Under the pieces are notes generated by a model. The model was not told the DNA's origin and did no database searches. It saw only the letters and a list, made by a program, of their open reading frames with translations. Made by a program: the position numbers and the translations under genes. Positions 61,501 through 64,000 of a stretch of 64,000 bases of DNA are shown here, piece by piece. The stretch comes from Macrostomum lignano (lineage: Eukaryota), in assembly GCA_002269645.1 (NCBI GenBank), contig NIVC01000291.1, positions 620,001-684,000 of the forward strand. Reading direction: 5' to 3'. The stretch's first letter is position 1. Each line of letters begins with the position of its first letter.

Positions 61501-62276
61501 CAGTCTTCCAGAACGAAGTCCTTGCCATCAGCTCTTGCGCTGCAGAGCTGAACGTCAAGGTTACGAGAGGAAAGACTATTGTCATCCACTCCGACAGCCA
61601 AGCGGCCTTACAGGCCCTTTGCCACACCACAACGAACTCCCGGACAGTCGCCGACTGCGCCCGGCAGCTCAACCTCCTGGCCAGAAGCAATACTGTCAGG
61701 CTGAAGTGGATCCCAGGGCACGCAGGGTTTCCGGGGAACGAGCTGGCAGACACCCTCGCCAAGAGGGGCGGCTCTGGCTCTTTCTTCGGCCCTGCCCCCC
61801 TGGTCCCTATGCCCTTGACAGTCATCAATCGTCAGATCGACGACTGGGCTGACTCCCTCCACAGGGACAGATGGGCGGGCACCCAAAACTGCCGGCAATC
61901 TCGTGCCGCGGTTCCTTGCCCGTCTCACAGGCTCAGAAACATCCTTCTGAACCAGAATCGGAAGGATATTCGAGCCCTTGTCATGACCCTTACCGGCCAT
62001 GGCTACCTCGCCAGGCACTGCTTCCTCCGAGGCGACCTCGAGAGCGAAATTTGCCCCTTCTGCGAGTGCGACAATGAAGATGCTCAGCATTTTGTCTGTC
62101 ACTGCCCTTTCTTTAACAGAGACCGGCTACGCTACCTCGGGCCGAACCCGTCCATTGACGAGGTCTGCCAGCCCGACAGCATCCCACGGCTCATCCAGTT
62201 CCTTCGGGCGACTAGACGAGCCAGTTTCTTCCCAACGGAAGATCACGCTGCAGGACGGACCGGCGGACCACCCTGA
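58573..62276 (+). CDS. Retrotransposon ORF2: AP endonuclease, reverse transcriptase, RNase H, CCHC
   Basis: ATG at 58573 (MISNQGIHCLQINLQHC), a one-base shift near 58640-58646, then the open 1210-codon frame. Motifs: LVQEPW, GDINAHH, SDH, KAPGPDGI, FRPISLTS, PQGGVLSP, YADD, YTDGS, HSDSQAAL, WIPGHAGFPGNELAD and CPFC..EDAQHFVCHC. Confidence 0.93.
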
Positions 62277-62387
62277 CCGGCCCCACGCCTCTGCCTGTCT
62301 GCGGGCCTTCAGGGGCTAGCGGAATGGGCGACCCTCGCTTCCCCGCTGTGTCTACGGACCACCCTGCAGCTAAGTCAAGTAAGTCAA

Positions 62388-63310
62388 GTACCCCGGTGGG
62401 TCTGTCAGTTTGCTGAGTCCTGTAACCCTTGTGGATCTGTCAGTTTGCTGAGTCCTGTACCCCGGTGGGTCTGTCAGTTTGCTGAGTCCTGTACCCTTGT
62501 GGATCTGTCAGTTGCTGAGTCCTGTACCCTTGTGGATCTGTCAGTTGCTGGGTCCTGTACCCTTGTGGATCTGTCAGTTGCTGAGTCCTGTACCCTTGTG
62601 GATCTGTCAGTTGCTGAGTCCTGTACCCTTATGGATCTGTCAGTTGCTGAGTCCTGCACCCTTGTGGATCTGTCAGTTGCTGAGTCCTGTACCCTTGTGG
62701 ATCTGTCAGTTGCTGAGTCCTGCACCCCAGTGGATCTGTCAGTTGCTGAGTCCTGTACCCTTGTGGATCTGTCAGTTGCTGAGTCCTGCACCCCAGTGGA
62801 TCTGTCAGTTGCTGAGTCCTGCACCCCAGTGGATCTGTCAGTTGCTGAGTCCTGTACCCTTGTGGATCTGTCAGTTGCTGAGTCCTGCACCCCAGTGGAT
62901 CTGTCAGTTGCTGAGTCCTGCACCCCAGTGGATCTGTCAGTTGCTGAGTCCTGTACCCTTGTGGATCTGTCAGTTGCTGAGTCCTGCACCCCAGTGGATC
63001 TGTCAGTTGCTGAGTCCTGCACCCCAGTGGATCTGTCAGTTGCTGAGTCCTGTACCCTTGTGGATCTGTCAGTTGCTGAGTCCTGCACCCCAGTGGATCT
63101 GTCAGTTGCTGAGTCCTGCACCCCAGTGGATCTGTCAGTTGCTGAGTCCTGTACCCTTGTGGATCTGTCAGTTGCTGAGTCCTGCACCCCAGTGGATCTG
63201 TCAGTTGCTGAGTCCTGCACCCCAGTGGATCTGTCAGTTGCTGAGTCCTGCACCCCAGTGGATCTGTCAGTTGCTGAGTCCTGCACCCCAGTGGATCCGT
63301 CAGTTGCTGG
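62388..63310. repeat. 33/34-bp satellite, right arm
   Basis: About 27 copies of GATCTGTCAGTTGCTGAGTCCTG(T/C)ACCC(TT/CA)GTG. Confidence 0.97.
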
Positions 63311-64000
63311 GCAATCGGTATTGGCATGGAGAACTGCTTGGCACGCGAAGAAAATTAGCAGGCTGGAAACCTCTGAACCAGGCGGGTGGAGGCGGCAGTG
63401 CTGCAGTCAGTAATTGCTGCAGCGAAGACTTCCTCTAAGCGGCTTCGCATCTCCCCATTTCTTCGCATCCATGCCGAGCCTGCGGCACTCAGTCAGGCCC
63501 GCTGCGCATCCGAGGCTCTCCCTTCATTATTGCTTTTTTGCGAAGGCTTGTGCAAGAAATCATTTTGTTTCTTGGCTTTCTTCTAACCTCCGCCGGGCAA
63601 TCTTTCTCTTCTGGAAATAATAATTGATGACTCAGTCGCGGCTTCAATTATTGCTGCGCGGCAGTGCGCTGGGCCGTTGTATTTTTCTTTGCGAAAGCGG
63701 CCATTTCTGGCGCAGTGGTACAGCCGCGCTCGTAGCCGTGAGTGCAGTTGTAATTCTGATTGAATCTGCAACTTGTAAGCGGCATGGACCAATGCCGTCA
63801 CGGGTTCTTCGTGTCTTCACTGGGCTCTGTTCTCGTTAGGGATCTTTGGTCTCAGTTTATAGTCTGCTGATCTAAATTTGACTGGGTCTGGGTGCGCTTG
63901 AACTGTGGATTGGAAATTTCTAGGACAGAAGCGACACTATGTCCTAGAAGCTGCACTAAGCGACTCAGCTTTGCAAAGTACTCTGTCTCCAGTGTCTCGT

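Larger units (their letters stand above)
56642..62387 (+). mobile_element. Full-length non-LTR retrotransposon (R1/LOA-like; ORF1 plus APE-RT-RNaseH-CCHC ORF2)
   Basis: 13-bp TSD GTACCCCGGTGGG at 56629-56641 and 62388-62400. The 3' tail is (TAAGTCAAG)x2. Two ORFs are present. The clade is inferred from the QINLQH/QEPW endonuclease start and the presence of RNase H. Confidence 0.92.

Noticed and set aside
62445-63438. About 320-aa repetitive ORFs after the LINE
   Set aside because: They are translations of the 33-bp satellite.

Overview
Eukaryotic (animal) genomic DNA with GC-rich exons, AT-rich intergenic DNA and minisatellites in most introns. This pattern suggests a free-living flatworm such as Macrostomum, but that is inference only. 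Five spliced genes can be rebuilt by hand with GT-AG introns and consistent phases: a CCDC170-like coiled-coil gene (+, 6185-11098), an EF1-delta/beta gene (-, 12372-16666), API5 (-, 20909-33066), an NPF/NPY neuropeptide precursor (+, 36667-37437, not recognisable in the ORF track) and an NR4A nuclear receptor (-, about 46466-54379). Mobile DNA comprises a decayed EnSpm/CACTA element, several MITEs with target-site duplications, a nested hAT and mariner cluster with a 1788-bp tandem duplication in API5 intron 1, a Ty3/gypsy integrase remnant, and a full-length APE-RT-RNaseH non-LTR retrotransposon inserted in a satellite. About ten apparent frameshifts are all explained by one missing base, which most likely reflects long-read consensus errors. 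No rRNA, tRNA or CRISPR array was seen.
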